A stretch of 64,000 nucleotides of DNA from an uncultured archaeon (lineage in GTDB: Archaea; Nanobdellota; Nanobdellia; Pacearchaeales; GW2011-AR1). Each line of letters starts with the position of its first letter. Within the stretch, counting starts at the first letter, position 1. The translations under genes were made by a program, and so were the position numbers. Positions 44,351-54,382 of the stretch are shown one piece after another. The stretch covers positions 56,804 through 120,803 of the forward strand of contig CABMHR010000002.1 in assembly GCA_902386025.1 (NCBI GenBank), given 5' to 3'. The notes beneath the pieces were generated by a model, which saw only the letters and a program-made list of their open reading frames with translations, was not told where the DNA came from and ran no database searches.

Positions 44351-45316
44351 GTGAGGAAAAATAACCAGGATTTGGGGCAATTAGCAACAAGATTGATGAA
44401 GGATAGATATTGTCTTGAAGAGTTAAAAATTAAGAAAAAAGATATTGAGGAATTGAAGAAAAGAGGATATAATGTCAAGTCAGATACCATTGAAAATATT
44501 TCTTATTACTGGATTAAAATGATGGATACCGAAAATCATTATATTTTTAGCCCTAAAAATCCACAGGAAACCGAGGTAAGATGGGCAGAAGTCTCTGACA
44601 TTCATGCGGGAGCCAAGACGTTCGACAGCAGGGGTTTAAGATGGTTCTTGAACGAAATAAAGAACAGAGGAATAAAATATATTCATAATTCTGGAGATAC
44701 AGTTGATGGAAAACACGTATATCCGGGGCAATCTAATTATTTAAAATATTATTCTGAAGAGGACCAAGTTAAATGTTTAGCAGATATTATTGGTGAATTT
44801 GAATCTGATTTCAAATGGATAGTCATAGATGGAAATCATGATATGAGTTGGATAAAGGAAGGAGCACCTAGCCCAAATAAACTTTTAGCTGACAAAGTTA
44901 AAAATGTGATTTATCTGCCTGGGGCTGGTGCAGACAAAGTAGTAAGGGGTGATATAATCATAGAGGGAGTAATGAAAAGGATGATTCATCCTTGGTCAAA
45001 CTCGTCTAGAGGGGTATATGCTAAATCTTACCCTTCACAAATTTATCTAAGGAATGTTATGGAAAACGGAACACAATTTGAAATTAAAGGAAAAAAATAT
45101 TTTATGAGGCTATTACAAGTAGGACATTATCATACAGATATGCTATTTCAAACGTTTGGAGTTCATGTAACCCACCCATTATCTTTTCAGAAACCAAATG
45201 ATTTCACAGAAGGGAAAGGATTGGTCGGACCAAGAGGCGGAAGAATAACCGAACTGAAGATTAAGAATGGGGAAATAATTTATTATGATTCAAAAGTTCT
45301 AGAGGTTCCTGAATAA
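44351..45316 (+). CDS. Metallophosphoesterase with ~80-aa N-terminal extension
   Basis: VSDIHAG, SGDTVDG, IDGNHD, IHPW, VGHYH (calcineurin-like motif series). GTG start per the track. Confidence 0.65.
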   Translation: MRKNNQDLGQLATRLMKDRYCLEELKIKKKDIEELKKRGYNVKSDTIENISYYWIKMMDTENHYIFSPKNPQETEVRWAEVSDIHAGAKTFDSRGLRWFLNEIKNRGIKYIHNSGDTVDGKHVYPGQSNYLKYYSEEDQVKCLADIIGEFESDFKWIVIDGNHDMSWIKEGAPSPNKLLADKVKNVIYLPGAGADKVVRGDIIIEGVMKRMIHPWSNSSRGVYAKSYPSQIYLRNVMENGTQFEIKGKKYFMRLLQVGHYHTDMLFQTFGVHVTHPLSFQKPNDFTEGKGLVGPRGGRITELKIKNGEIIYYDSKVLEVPE

Positions 45317-45388
45317 TGAAGAGATAATACACAAAGCTCAAAAAATCAATTAAAAATATGTTTTTGTGCAGCAAAGCCTTGAAAACCC

Positions 45389-45402
45389 AAACATTTTTAA
45401 AC
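45389..45402 (+). promoter_or_regulatory. BRE/TATA-like element upstream of rpoH
   Basis: aaacatttttaaac. Same motif as upstream of aEF-2 and aEF-1alpha. It lies ~90 nt before the rpoH ATG, so it implies a leader. Confidence 0.35.
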
Positions 45403-45489
45403 TAAATTTTGCTATTTTTTATTATTCAAAAGTTGTTAAAGTTTAGTCAGAATTTTAACACAACTATTGTAAATTCCCTTCATTAAAAA

Positions 45490-45684
45490 ATGCATATTCT
45501 TCAAGCAAAACACATAAAACTCAGCGAAAAAGAATCTGAAATACTTCTAAAGGAAATGAACATTTCCAAATCACAACTTCCTAAAATTCTCTCTACAGAT
45601 GCTGCCCTTCCTGAAGGATGCAGTGTTGGAGACATAATTAAAATTGAAAGAAAATCAGGAATATATTACAGGGTTGTAGTATAA
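45490..45684 (+). CDS. rpoH: DNA-directed RNA polymerase subunit H (Rpo5)
   Basis: HILQAKHIKLSEKESEILLKEMNISKSQLPKI...DIIKIERKSGIYYRVVV. Position upstream of rpoB. Confidence 0.9.
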   Translation: MHILQAKHIKLSEKESEILLKEMNISKSQLPKILSTDAALPEGCSVGDIIKIERKSGIYYRVVV

Positions 45685-45698
45685 TTCACAGGATAAAA

Positions 45699-48600
45699 AT
45701 GAAAAAAGACAATCACATAATAATCAAAAAATATCTTGAAGGGCATTCTTTAGTTGAATCAAATTTAATTTCGTTCAATGATTTCATTGAACACAGAATA
45801 CAGGAGTTAGTTGATGATATTTCCAGCACAATAGACAATGAAGAATTTGAAATCAGCCTTGGAAAAGTAAAAGTAGAAAAGCCAAAAATAATTGAAGCTG
45901 ATGGAAGCTCTTCCCTGATTTATCCTTATGAAGCAAGACTTAGAAATCTTACTTATTCTGCTCCTGTAACTCTTGAAATTACAATAAAAAAAGGAGACCA
46001 AGTTGATTCTGATGTTGTTGAAATAGGAAGAATTCCTGTTATGGTTAAGAGCAAGGCGTGCAATACGCACGGAATGACTCCAGAACAGCTTACTGAAACT
46101 TACAACGACCCATTGGATGCAGGAGGATATTTCATTGTAAACGGAAATGAAAGAGTTATGACAATGGCTGAAGATTTGGCAGAAAACCAGCCATTCATTG
46201 AAAATAACAGCAAGGGAAACTTGACATTAAGATTATTCTCATTAAAAGGAACATACAGAATTCCAATAACAATTTCTGAAAGCAAAGAGGGAGTTTTGGA
46301 TTTGTCATTCAGCAGATTCAAGGACTTGCCTGCAGTTGTTGTTCTTAAAGCTCTTGGACTTGTTAAAGAATCTGACATCGCAAGATATATAGGGAAAGAA
46401 ACAGACAATGTTATTGTTAACTTGTATGAATTTGTAAACCTTGCAACAAAAGAAGATGCGATGATGTTCATTGCAGAAAAGACAGGACTTCAGGGAACAA
46501 AAAAAGAAATTCTTGACAGAGTAAAACAAAGAATTGATTCTTATCTCCTTCCTCATATTGGACAGACAAAAGAAGACAGAATGAACAAGGCAGTTACAAT
46601 ATGCAAATTCATAAAACAATTCTTGATTGCAAAAGAAAATCCTGAATTAAGAACAGACAAAGACCACTACTCAAACAAAAGAGTAAGATTGTCTGGAGAT
46701 TTGCTGGCTAATCTTTTGAAAGTCAATCTTGGAATTCTCATAAGAGACATTCAATATTCAATACAAAAATCATCAAAGAGAAAAAAATTCTTTTCATTGA
46801 AAGTTATTGCAAAATCAACTTTATTCTCCCACAGAATTGAATCTGCAATTGCAACAGGAAGCTGGACAGGAGAAAGAGGAGGAGTCACGCAGAATATGGA
46901 CAAGACAAATTATCTTGCAATGATTTCACAGCTTCAGAGAGTTTCAAGCATGCTTCCTTCTGACCAAGAAAACTTTTTAGCAAGAACACTTCATCCCACC
47001 CATTACGGAAGATTCTGTCCGATAGAAACACCAGAAGGAACAGAAATCGGACTTAGAAAAAATCTTGCATTATTGAGCAAAATTTCAACAAGAATAGAAA
47101 TAGAAGAAAACAAGTTTATGAAAGATTTAGAATCTCTTGGAATGGACAGGGAAGGATTTGATGAGACAGATGTTTTCTTCAACGGAAGATTTATAGGAAC
47201 AGTAAAAGAATCTGGAAGTTTTGTGAAAAAAGTCAAGGAAAAAAGAAGAGCAGGCGAGTTTCCAATCCAGATGAGCATAAGAAATGATTTAAGATACAAA
47301 ACAGTTTTAATATCAACAGAAGCAGGAAGAGTTCTCCGCCCATTGATAGTTGTTGACAATGGAAATCCAAGACTGAAGAACGAGCATAAAGTCCAAATTG
47401 AAAGCGGTGAAATGAAATGGGAGGATTTACTTGACAAGGGAATTATTGAATATGTCGACGCTGCTGAAGAAGAAAATGCATTAGTTTCATTATATGAAGA
47501 AGAATTAACTCCAGAACACACTCACCTTGAAATTGACAGCATTGATTTGCTTGGTGCTGTTACAAGCCTTGTTCCTTATGGAAATCACGATCAGAGTTCA
47601 AGATTAAACAGAGGAAGCAAGACACAGAAGCAGTCATTGGGAATTTATGCTGCAAATTATCTCTGCAGATTAGATACAGATGTTTCTGTTCTTCAATATC
47701 CGCAAAAACCAATTGTAAGAAGTTTTGTCTATGACACATTGAACACTTATCCTGCAGGACAGAATTTGGTTGTTGCAATAATGACTTATGAAGGATACAA
47801 TATGGAAGATGCTTTAGTATTAAACAAAGGAAGTGTTGAAAGAGGAGTTGGAAGAAGCTTCTATTTCCGTCCTTATTCTGCATTGGAAATGAATTATGCA
47901 GGAGGATTGAAAGATGAGATTGTCATTCCTGAAAAAGATGCATCTGGATACAGGACAGAAGCAAGCTACAGATATCTTGAACCAGATGGAATAGTTTATC
48001 CTGAAGCAAAAATTAATGAAGGGGAAGTTATGATTGGAAAAATGTCTCCTCCAAAATTCCTGTCAGAGCAGAGGGAAATTTCTGTAAAGACAAGAAAAGA
48101 ATCAAGCGTAACAATGAGGCAGGAAGAATCAGGAATTGTTGATTCTGTTTTCGTAACAGAAGATTCTGAAGGAAACAAGATTATTCAGATTAGAACAAGA
48201 GACCAGAGAATCCCAGAATTAGGAGATAAATTCGCGACTTCTCACGGACAGAAAGGAGTTATAGGAATGATTGCTGCACAGGAAGATATTCCTTTCACTT
48301 CAAAAGGAGTCCGCCCAGATGTAATGTTCAATCCTCATGGTTTGCCTTCGAGAATGACAGTCGGCTACTTAATGGAATTGCTCGCTGGAAAAGTTGGAAG
48401 CTTGAGCGGAGAAACAGTTGACGCAACATCTTTCTCGGGAGTTGGAAAGAAACAGCTTGAAGAACATTTGAAAAATCTTGGATTCAGATATGACGGGAAA
48501 GAAACAATGTACAACGGAATTACAGGAAAGAGAATGGATGTAAAAATATTTGTCGGAAATTTATATTATCTTAAACTAAAATATATGGTTGGAAACAAAA

Positions 48601-48953
48601 TGCACGGAAGAGCATCTGGAAAAGTTGCTCTGCTTACAAGACAGCCGATTGAAGGACGTTCAAGAGGAGGAGCATTGAGATTAGGAGAGATGGAACAGGA
48701 AGCGTTGGTTGCCCACGGAGCTTCTCTGCTTTTGAAAGAAAGATATGATTCAGACAAAGTTGTACTTCCTATCTGCATGAAATGCGGAAGCATAGGAATT
48801 GACGACACAATAGGAAATAAATTAATCTGTCCAATGTGCGGAAGCGAAGATATTGAGCCTGTTGAAATGTCTTATGCATTCAAGCTTTTGCTTGAAGAAT
48901 TGCAGGGCTTGCATATCCACACTGCATTTGGATTGAAAAATAAATATGAATAA
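45699..48953 (+). CDS. rpoB: DNA-directed RNA polymerase subunit B (unsplit)
   Basis: 1084 aa with GYFIVNGNERV, TPEGTEIGL, GYNMEDA, GDKFATSHGQKGV, NPHGLPSRMTVG, C-terminal Zn motif CMKCGS...CPMCGS. Confidence 0.95.
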   Translation: MKKDNHIIIKKYLEGHSLVESNLISFNDFIEHRIQELVDDISSTIDNEEFEISLGKVKVEKPKIIEADGSSSLIYPYEARLRNLTYSAPVTLEITIKKGDQVDSDVVEIGRIPVMVKSKACNTHGMTPEQLTETYNDPLDAGGYFIVNGNERVMTMAEDLAENQPFIENNSKGNLTLRLFSLKGTYRIPITISESKEGVLDLSFSRFKDLPAVVVLKALGLVKESDIARYIGKETDNVIVNLYEFVNLATKEDAMMFIAEKTGLQGTKKEILDRVKQRIDSYLLPHIGQTKEDRMNKAVTICKFIKQFLIAKENPELRTDKDHYSNKRVRLSGDLLANLLKVNLGILIRDIQYSIQKSSKRKKFFSLKVIAKSTLFSHRIESAIATGSWTGERGGVTQNMDKTNYLAMISQLQRVSSMLPSDQENFLARTLHPTHYGRFCPIETPEGTEIGLRKNLALLSKISTRIEIEENKFMKDLESLGMDREGFDETDVFFNGRFIGTVKESGSFVKKVKEKRRAGEFPIQMSIRNDLRYKTVLISTEAGRVLRPLIVVDNGNPRLKNEHKVQIESGEMKWEDLLDKGIIEYVDAAEEENALVSLYEEELTPEHTHLEIDSIDLLGAVTSLVPYGNHDQSSRLNRGSKTQKQSLGIYAANYLCRLDTDVSVLQYPQKPIVRSFVYDTLNTYPAGQNLVVAIMTYEGYNMEDALVLNKGSVERGVGRSFYFRPYSALEMNYAGGLKDEIVIPEKDASGYRTEASYRYLEPDGIVYPEAKINEGEVMIGKMSPPKFLSEQREISVKTRKESSVTMRQEESGIVDSVFVTEDSEGNKIIQIRTRDQRIPELGDKFATSHGQKGVIGMIAAQEDIPFTSKGVRPDVMFNPHGLPSRMTVGYLMELLAGKVGSLSGETVDATSFSGVGKKQLEEHLKNLGFRYDGKETMYNGITGKRMDVKIFVGNLYYLKLKYMVGNKMHGRASGKVALLTRQPIEGRSRGGALRLGEMEQEALVAHGASLLLKERYDSDKVVLPICMKCGSIGIDDTIGNKLICPMCGSEDIEPVEMSYAFKLLLEELQGLHIHTAFGLKNKYE

Positions 48954-48959
48954 ACAAAA

Positions 48960-51900
48960 ATGCTGGAAAATAAACCAATAAGAAAAAGCATCAACGAAAT
49001 AAGGTTTAATCTTCTTAGTCCTGACGATATCAAAAAGATATCTGTTGCAAAAATAGTAACTCCTGAATTGTATAATATCGACGGATATCCTGTTGACGGA
49101 GGATTGATGGATTTGAGATTGGGAGCAATTGACCCAGGAGTAAGGTGCAGAACCTGCGGAGGAAGATTGAAAGAATGTTTAGGACATCCAGGAAGCATTG
49201 ACTTGGCCCGCCCAATAATTCATTTAAAATATGTTCCATTAATAGAATTAGGATTGAGATGCTTCTGCAAAGAATGCGGAAAATTGCTTCTCGCTGACAA
49301 AGATTTGGAAAGATATACTCCAAGCGAGAGAGCAAAGAAAGCAAAAGACGCAAAGAAATGCCCTCACTGCGGAGCAGTCCACGAAAAAGTCAAACTTGAC
49401 AAGCCAACTACTTTCCTGATTGGAAAGGCAAGATTATTCCCAACTGAAATAAGAGAAATTCTTGTGAATATTCCAAATGAAGAATTAAAAAAAATAGGAG
49501 TGAATGCAGCAACCTGCCGTCCTGAATGGGCAATTTTAACAATGCTTTTAGTTCCTCCTGTAACAATTCGCCCGAGCATTATTCTTGAATCAGGAGAAAG
49601 AAGCGAAGATGATTTGACTCACAAGCTTTCTGATATTATAAGAGCAAACCAAAGATTATGGGAAAATCTTAATGCAGGAGCTCCTGAAGTTATCATAGAA
49701 GATTTGTGGGATTTGCTTCAGTTCCATATAACAACATTCTTTGACAACAGCGTTTCAAAAATTCCTCCCGCAAGACACAGAAGCGGACAGCCGTTGAAAA
49801 CAATTATGGAAAGAATAAAAGGAAAAGAGGGAAGAATAAGAAAGAACCTTGCAGGAAAGAGAGTAAATTATTCCGGAAGAACAGTAATTTCACCAGACCC
49901 GCATATTGGAATAAATGAAGTTGGAATTCCATTTGAAATTGCAAAGGTTGTAACTGTTGCAGAAGGAGTTACTGATTTAAATATTGAAAGATTGAAAAAA
50001 CTGATAGAAAAAGGAGAGGAATATCCTGGAGCAAGCTATATCATACGTCCGGATGGAAAGAGAAAGAAAATAACTCCTGATTTGAAAGAAGAAATAATCA
50101 ATGAAATTATTCCAGGATACAAAGTGGAAAGACATCTGCAGGACGGAGATGTTGTATTGTTCAATCGTCATCCTTCTCTTCACAGAGGAAGCCTGATGGC
50201 TCATTTTGTAAGAGTTCTTCCAGGAAGAACTTTCAGGATGCATCCTGCTGTAGCTGCACCATACAACGCTGACTTTGACGGGGATGAAATGAATATTCAC
50301 TCTCCCCAGACAGAAGAAGCAAGAGCAGAAGCAAAAATACTTCTTGATGTAAAAAGAAATTTATTCTCTCCCAAGAATAATACAAATCTTATTGGATGCA
50401 TTGGAGATGCAATAACAGGAATTTATATCCTTGGAGAAGAAGAATTTTCAAGAGAATATGCAAACCAGATGCTTTTCAAATCAGGAATTGAATTCCAAAT
50501 ATCAAAGAAAGCAGTAAGCGGGAAAGAAATATTTTCGGCTATAATTCCAAAAATTGATTTTTCAAATGATTCCGTTGAAATAAAAAACGGAGAAGTTGTC
50601 AGGGGAAGATTAAACAAGACTCTGTTCGGAAGCGAGGACGGAGAGCTGATAAAAGAACTTGAAAAGAAAGTAGGAATTAGCGAGACATTTGACATAATCA
50701 AAAAAGTGTTTAATCTTGGAATAAAATATCTTTCAGACAAAGGAATAACTATTTCCGTTGAAGATTTGGATTTGGATCAGAGCGTTATTGATGCTGGAGA
50801 AGATATAATCAAGAAAGCAGAAAAAAAGACAGAAGAAATTATAGAGTCATACAACAAAGGAGAGCTTGAAAGAATTCCTGGAAAAACTTACGAAGAATCA
50901 AGAGAGATAAAAATACTTCAGACATTAAATGAAGTCAGAACAAAGATTGGAGAAATTGTAAAAAGAGAATTCCCTAAGCATAACCCTGTAAACAATATGA
51001 TTCAGTCAGGAGGAGGAGGAAATATTCTGAACATAACACAGATGGCTTGCTGCGTTGGACAGCAGGCGTTGTGGGGAAGAAGAATTGACTTGGGTTATGA
51101 CAAGAGAACATTATCTTTCTTCAAGCAGGGAGACTTGTCTCCCAATGCAAGAGGATTTATCAGAAGTCCGTTCATTAAAGGGCTTCGTCCTGATGAATTT
51201 TTCTTTGGAGCAGTTACAGGACGTGATTCACTTATGGATACAGCATTAAGAACTCCAAAATCAGGATACTTATACAGAAGACTTGCTAATGCGCTTCAGG
51301 ATTTGAGGGTAGAATACGACGGAACAGTAAGAGACAGCAACAACAGCATAATACAATACAAATATGGAGATGATGGACTGGATGTTTCAAAACTTCATCT
51401 TAAGGAAAAAGTAGCGCCAGGAGAATCAATCGGAATTGTAACCGCACAATCTTTCGGAGAACCTTCAACACAGATGGCTCTTAATGTATTCCACTTTGCA
51501 GGAGTTCAAGAGATGCAGATTACAATGGGACTTCCAAGATTAATTGAAATTTTCGATGCAAGAAAAAAGCCTTCTTCTCCAAAGATGGAAATTTATCTGA
51601 AGAAAGAATACAACAACGAGAAAGATGCAAAAGTTTTCGCTGAAAAAATAAAAGAAGTAACATTGAAAGAAATTGCTTCTGCAATAAACCTTAACTTCAG
51701 CAACAAAACAATTGAAATAATAATTGACAAGAATGGATTGAAGCAGACGCACAGCTCTGTGAAAACAATCGTTGAAAGGCTTAATGACTTGGGATTCAGG
51801 GCAAAAGATAAAGAAGATTCAATAACATTAAATGCAGCAGAATTTGATTTCAAGCAGATTTACCAGCTGAAAGAAAAATTGAAGAAGACAATAATTTCAG

Positions 51901-52454
51901 GAATAAAGGGAGTAAAGCAGATTCTTATTGTAAAGAAAGAAAAAGATTTTGTTGTAATGACACTTGGAACAAACATAAAGAAAATGATTGAACTCAAGGA
52001 AGTTGATGCTGATAGAATTATATCCAATGATTTCTATGAAATTGCAGATGTTTTCGGAATAGAAGTTGCAAGACAGCTGATAATTGATGAAATTTACAAT
52101 GTGATAAACACGCAGGGATTGGACATTAATGAAAGGCATTTAAAACTCGTCGCTGATGCAATGACAAACACAGGGGAAGTCAAAGGAGTTACAAGAATGG
52201 GAATTATCTCGCAGAAATCTTCAATATTGGCAAGAGCAACTTTCGAAACTCCTGGAAAGCAGTTTATCAATGCAACAATAAAAGGAAGCAAAGACAAATT
52301 AATCAGCGTCATAGAAAATATAATGCTTAATCAGCCGGTGCCTGTCGGAACAGGACTTCCCGGACTTTTAGTAAAAGTAATCGGCCCTCTGACAAAAAAA
52401 GAATCAGAAAAGAAAACTGCAAAAAAGGAAATTGTAGAGGAAACAAATAAGTAG
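48960..52454 (+). CDS. rpoA: DNA-directed RNA polymerase largest subunit, A' and A'' regions in one continuous ORF
   Basis: CRTCGGRLKECLGHPG, NADFDGDEMNIH (catalytic DxDGD), CCVGQQALWGRR (A' part), continuing without a stop into GESIGIVTAQSFGEPSTQMALNVFHFAG...TGLPG (A'' part). 1164 aa. Confidence 0.95.
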   Translation: MLENKPIRKSINEIRFNLLSPDDIKKISVAKIVTPELYNIDGYPVDGGLMDLRLGAIDPGVRCRTCGGRLKECLGHPGSIDLARPIIHLKYVPLIELGLRCFCKECGKLLLADKDLERYTPSERAKKAKDAKKCPHCGAVHEKVKLDKPTTFLIGKARLFPTEIREILVNIPNEELKKIGVNAATCRPEWAILTMLLVPPVTIRPSIILESGERSEDDLTHKLSDIIRANQRLWENLNAGAPEVIIEDLWDLLQFHITTFFDNSVSKIPPARHRSGQPLKTIMERIKGKEGRIRKNLAGKRVNYSGRTVISPDPHIGINEVGIPFEIAKVVTVAEGVTDLNIERLKKLIEKGEEYPGASYIIRPDGKRKKITPDLKEEIINEIIPGYKVERHLQDGDVVLFNRHPSLHRGSLMAHFVRVLPGRTFRMHPAVAAPYNADFDGDEMNIHSPQTEEARAEAKILLDVKRNLFSPKNNTNLIGCIGDAITGIYILGEEEFSREYANQMLFKSGIEFQISKKAVSGKEIFSAIIPKIDFSNDSVEIKNGEVVRGRLNKTLFGSEDGELIKELEKKVGISETFDIIKKVFNLGIKYLSDKGITISVEDLDLDQSVIDAGEDIIKKAEKKTEEIIESYNKGELERIPGKTYEESREIKILQTLNEVRTKIGEIVKREFPKHNPVNNMIQSGGGGNILNITQMACCVGQQALWGRRIDLGYDKRTLSFFKQGDLSPNARGFIRSPFIKGLRPDEFFFGAVTGRDSLMDTALRTPKSGYLYRRLANALQDLRVEYDGTVRDSNNSIIQYKYGDDGLDVSKLHLKEKVAPGESIGIVTAQSFGEPSTQMALNVFHFAGVQEMQITMGLPRLIEIFDARKKPSSPKMEIYLKKEYNNEKDAKVFAEKIKEVTLKEIASAINLNFSNKTIEIIIDKNGLKQTHSSVKTIVERLNDLGFRAKDKEDSITLNAAEFDFKQIYQLKEKLKKTIISGIKGVKQILIVKKEKDFVVMTLGTNIKKMIELKEVDADRIISNDFYEIADVFGIEVARQLIIDEIYNVINTQGLDINERHLKLVADAMTNTGEVKGVTRMGIISQKSSILARATFETPGKQFINATIKGSKDKLISVIENIMLNQPVPVGTGLPGLLVKVIGPLTKKESEKKTAKKEIVEETNK

Positions 52455-52507
52455 ATAAAAATTAAGCAATAACTTTATAAAATAAATCATTCTCAAATTT
52501 TAATAAG

Positions 52508-52924
52508 ATGAATACAATTAATATGCAGGATATAAGGCATTTGAATTTGTTCAGCCAGATAACTCAAGTGAATACAAGATTCTGCATAGAATACAACAAC
52601 GCTATAATTTTCTGTGTTCCAAAAAATCTCGTGAACAAAGCAGTAGGGGAAGATGGAAAAAACATAAGAAGGATGAGTGAGATTTTAGGAAAAAGAATAA
52701 GAATAATTCCAAGCCCGAGAGGATTGTATGATGCAAAAGGATTTATTCTTACAATCGTAAAGCCTGTTGCATTCAAGGATTTGGAAATAAAAGGGAATGA
52801 AATGATTATCACAGCAGGCGGAACCCAGAACAAAGCTGCATTAATCGGAAGAGACAAAAGAAGATTTCTTGAACTCCAGAAAATTGCGAGAGATTTTTTC
52901 GGAAAAGAATTGAAGATAATTTAA
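52508..52924 (+). CDS. nusA: Archaeal NusA-like termination factor (two KH domains)
   Basis: AVGEDGKNIRRMSEILGKRIRII and ALIGRDKRRFLELQKIA (GxxG-type KH motifs). Conserved position after rpoA. Confidence 0.85.
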   Translation: MNTINMQDIRHLNLFSQITQVNTRFCIEYNNAIIFCVPKNLVNKAVGEDGKNIRRMSEILGKRIRIIPSPRGLYDAKGFILTIVKPVAFKDLEIKGNEMIITAGGTQNKAALIGRDKRRFLELQKIARDFFGKELKII

Positions 52925-52981
52925 AAATTTCTTATCGGAAAGTTTTATAAATCAATTTCTCAACAATACATTATAGATATT

Positions 52982-53404
52982 ATGGGATTAAACAACGCCA
53001 AGAAATTAATGAAGGATAGGAAAAAGTCCAGATGGAAAGACAAGAATTATATTGCGAAAACCCTGAATTTATATGCTAAAGCAGACCCTCTTGAAGGAGC
53101 AAATCAGGCAAAGGGAATTGTTCTGCAAAAAGTTCAGAAAGAAGCAAAACAGCCAAATTCTGCAATGAGAAAATGCTGCAAAGTTCAGCTTACAAAAAAC
53201 GGAAAAACAGTAACTGCCTTCATTCCAGGCAATCTTGCACAAAGATTTCTTGATGAACACGATGAAGTTCTTATACAAAGAATCGGCGGAAAGCAGGGAA
53301 GAAGCAAGGGAGATATTCCTGGAGTCAGATTTCAAGTAATTCAAGTAAATGATCAGCCATTGGAAAGATTAGTCTATGGCAAAATAGAAAAGGGAAGAAG
53401 ATAA
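52982..53404 (+). CDS. rps12: Ribosomal protein S12 (uS12)
   Basis: [45 protein letters not shown]...GDIPGVRF. Confidence 0.95.
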   Translation: MGLNNAKKLMKDRKKSRWKDKNYIAKTLNLYAKADPLEGANQAKGIVLQKVQKEAKQPNSAMRKCCKVQLTKNGKTVTAFIPGNLAQRFLDEHDEVLIQRIGGKQGRSKGDIPGVRFQVIQVNDQPLERLVYGKIEKGRR

Positions 53405-53405
53405 A

Positions 53406-54011
53406 ATGGCACAGGATTATGGATTTAAAATATTTGACTTGTATGACATAAGCGGAATTGAAATAAAAGACCCAGGGCTAAAATCCGCAATAAATCTTCA
53501 GCCAAGGCTTGTTATTCACAGCCACGGAAGAAATGTCCAGAAATTTGGAGCTGTAAAAATTAATATTGTTGAAAGATTAATGAACAGAATAGGAGTTTCT
53601 GGGCACAGGGGAAAAAAGCACAAGCTGATTAAAGGAACAGCAACAGGAAAAAATTCAAAGAATATGATGATTCTTCTTGAAGCGTTCAAATTAATAGAAA
53701 AAAGAACGCAGAAAAATCCAGTTGAAGTTTTGGTAAAGGCAATAGAAAATTCTGCTCCAAGAGATGAAATAACTGTTATTGAGTATGGGGGGGCAAGATA
53801 TCCGCAGGCAATTGATGTTTCTCCGATAAGAAGAGTCAATCTTGCTCTTAGATGGTTTACTCAAGGAGCATCAGACAAATCATTCAACAAAAAGAAAACA
53901 ATTGCCGAAGCGCTTGCAGAAGAATTGATACTTGCATCTGAAAATAACAGCGAAAGTTTTGCTCTGAAGAAAAAGAATGAAAGCGAGAAACAGGCAGATT
54001 CTGCAAGATAA
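53406..54011 (+). CDS. rps7: Ribosomal protein S7 (uS7)
   Basis: INIVERLMNRI...GKK, VLVKAIENSAPRDE, ARYPQAIDVSPIRRVNLALRW. Confidence 0.95.
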   Translation: MAQDYGFKIFDLYDISGIEIKDPGLKSAINLQPRLVIHSHGRNVQKFGAVKINIVERLMNRIGVSGHRGKKHKLIKGTATGKNSKNMMILLEAFKLIEKRTQKNPVEVLVKAIENSAPRDEITVIEYGGARYPQAIDVSPIRRVNLALRWFTQGASDKSFNKKKTIAEALAEELILASENNSESFALKKKNESEKQADSAR

Positions 54012-54065
54012 TTTTCTATAATTCATCCCAATAAAGATTATAAAGAAAGAAGCTAAATTAAAGAG

Positions 54066-54332
54066 ATGGGAGAAAACAGATATACTATTGAGATAGATTT
54101 AAACTGCAAACCAGAGGAAAATGCAAGGAAGATTTATGAAGCATTAAGAGATATGCACGAGGGGAGAATAATAAAAAATCTTGGAAAATTAATCAGGGGA
54201 AACAGGGAGATAAAGATGACAGAAAGTAATGAAATTAGATGGATGGATGAATTGACAAGTTATCCCATTAACTTTGACAGAGAAGACAAAGAGTTTGCTG
54301 AAGGCATAGACAGAGATTGCGATTACGATTAA
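54066..54332 (+). CDS. Hypothetical protein inserted between S7 and aEF-2
   Basis: 88-aa acidic ORF. No family recognised. Confidence 0.45.
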   Translation: MGENRYTIEIDLNCKPEENARKIYEALRDMHEGRIIKNLGKLIRGNREIKMTESNEIRWMDELTSYPINFDREDKEFAEGIDRDCDYD

Positions 54333-54338
54333 TTTTTT

Positions 54339-54354
54339 CAAAACCTTTTTAAAC
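54339..54354 (+). promoter_or_regulatory. BRE/TATA-like promoter element upstream of aEF-2
   Basis: caaaacctttttaaac lies 29-44 nt upstream of the ATG at 54383. Confidence 0.5.
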
Positions 54355-54382
54355 TATTTTTCTTAAACCTATTTATAATAAT

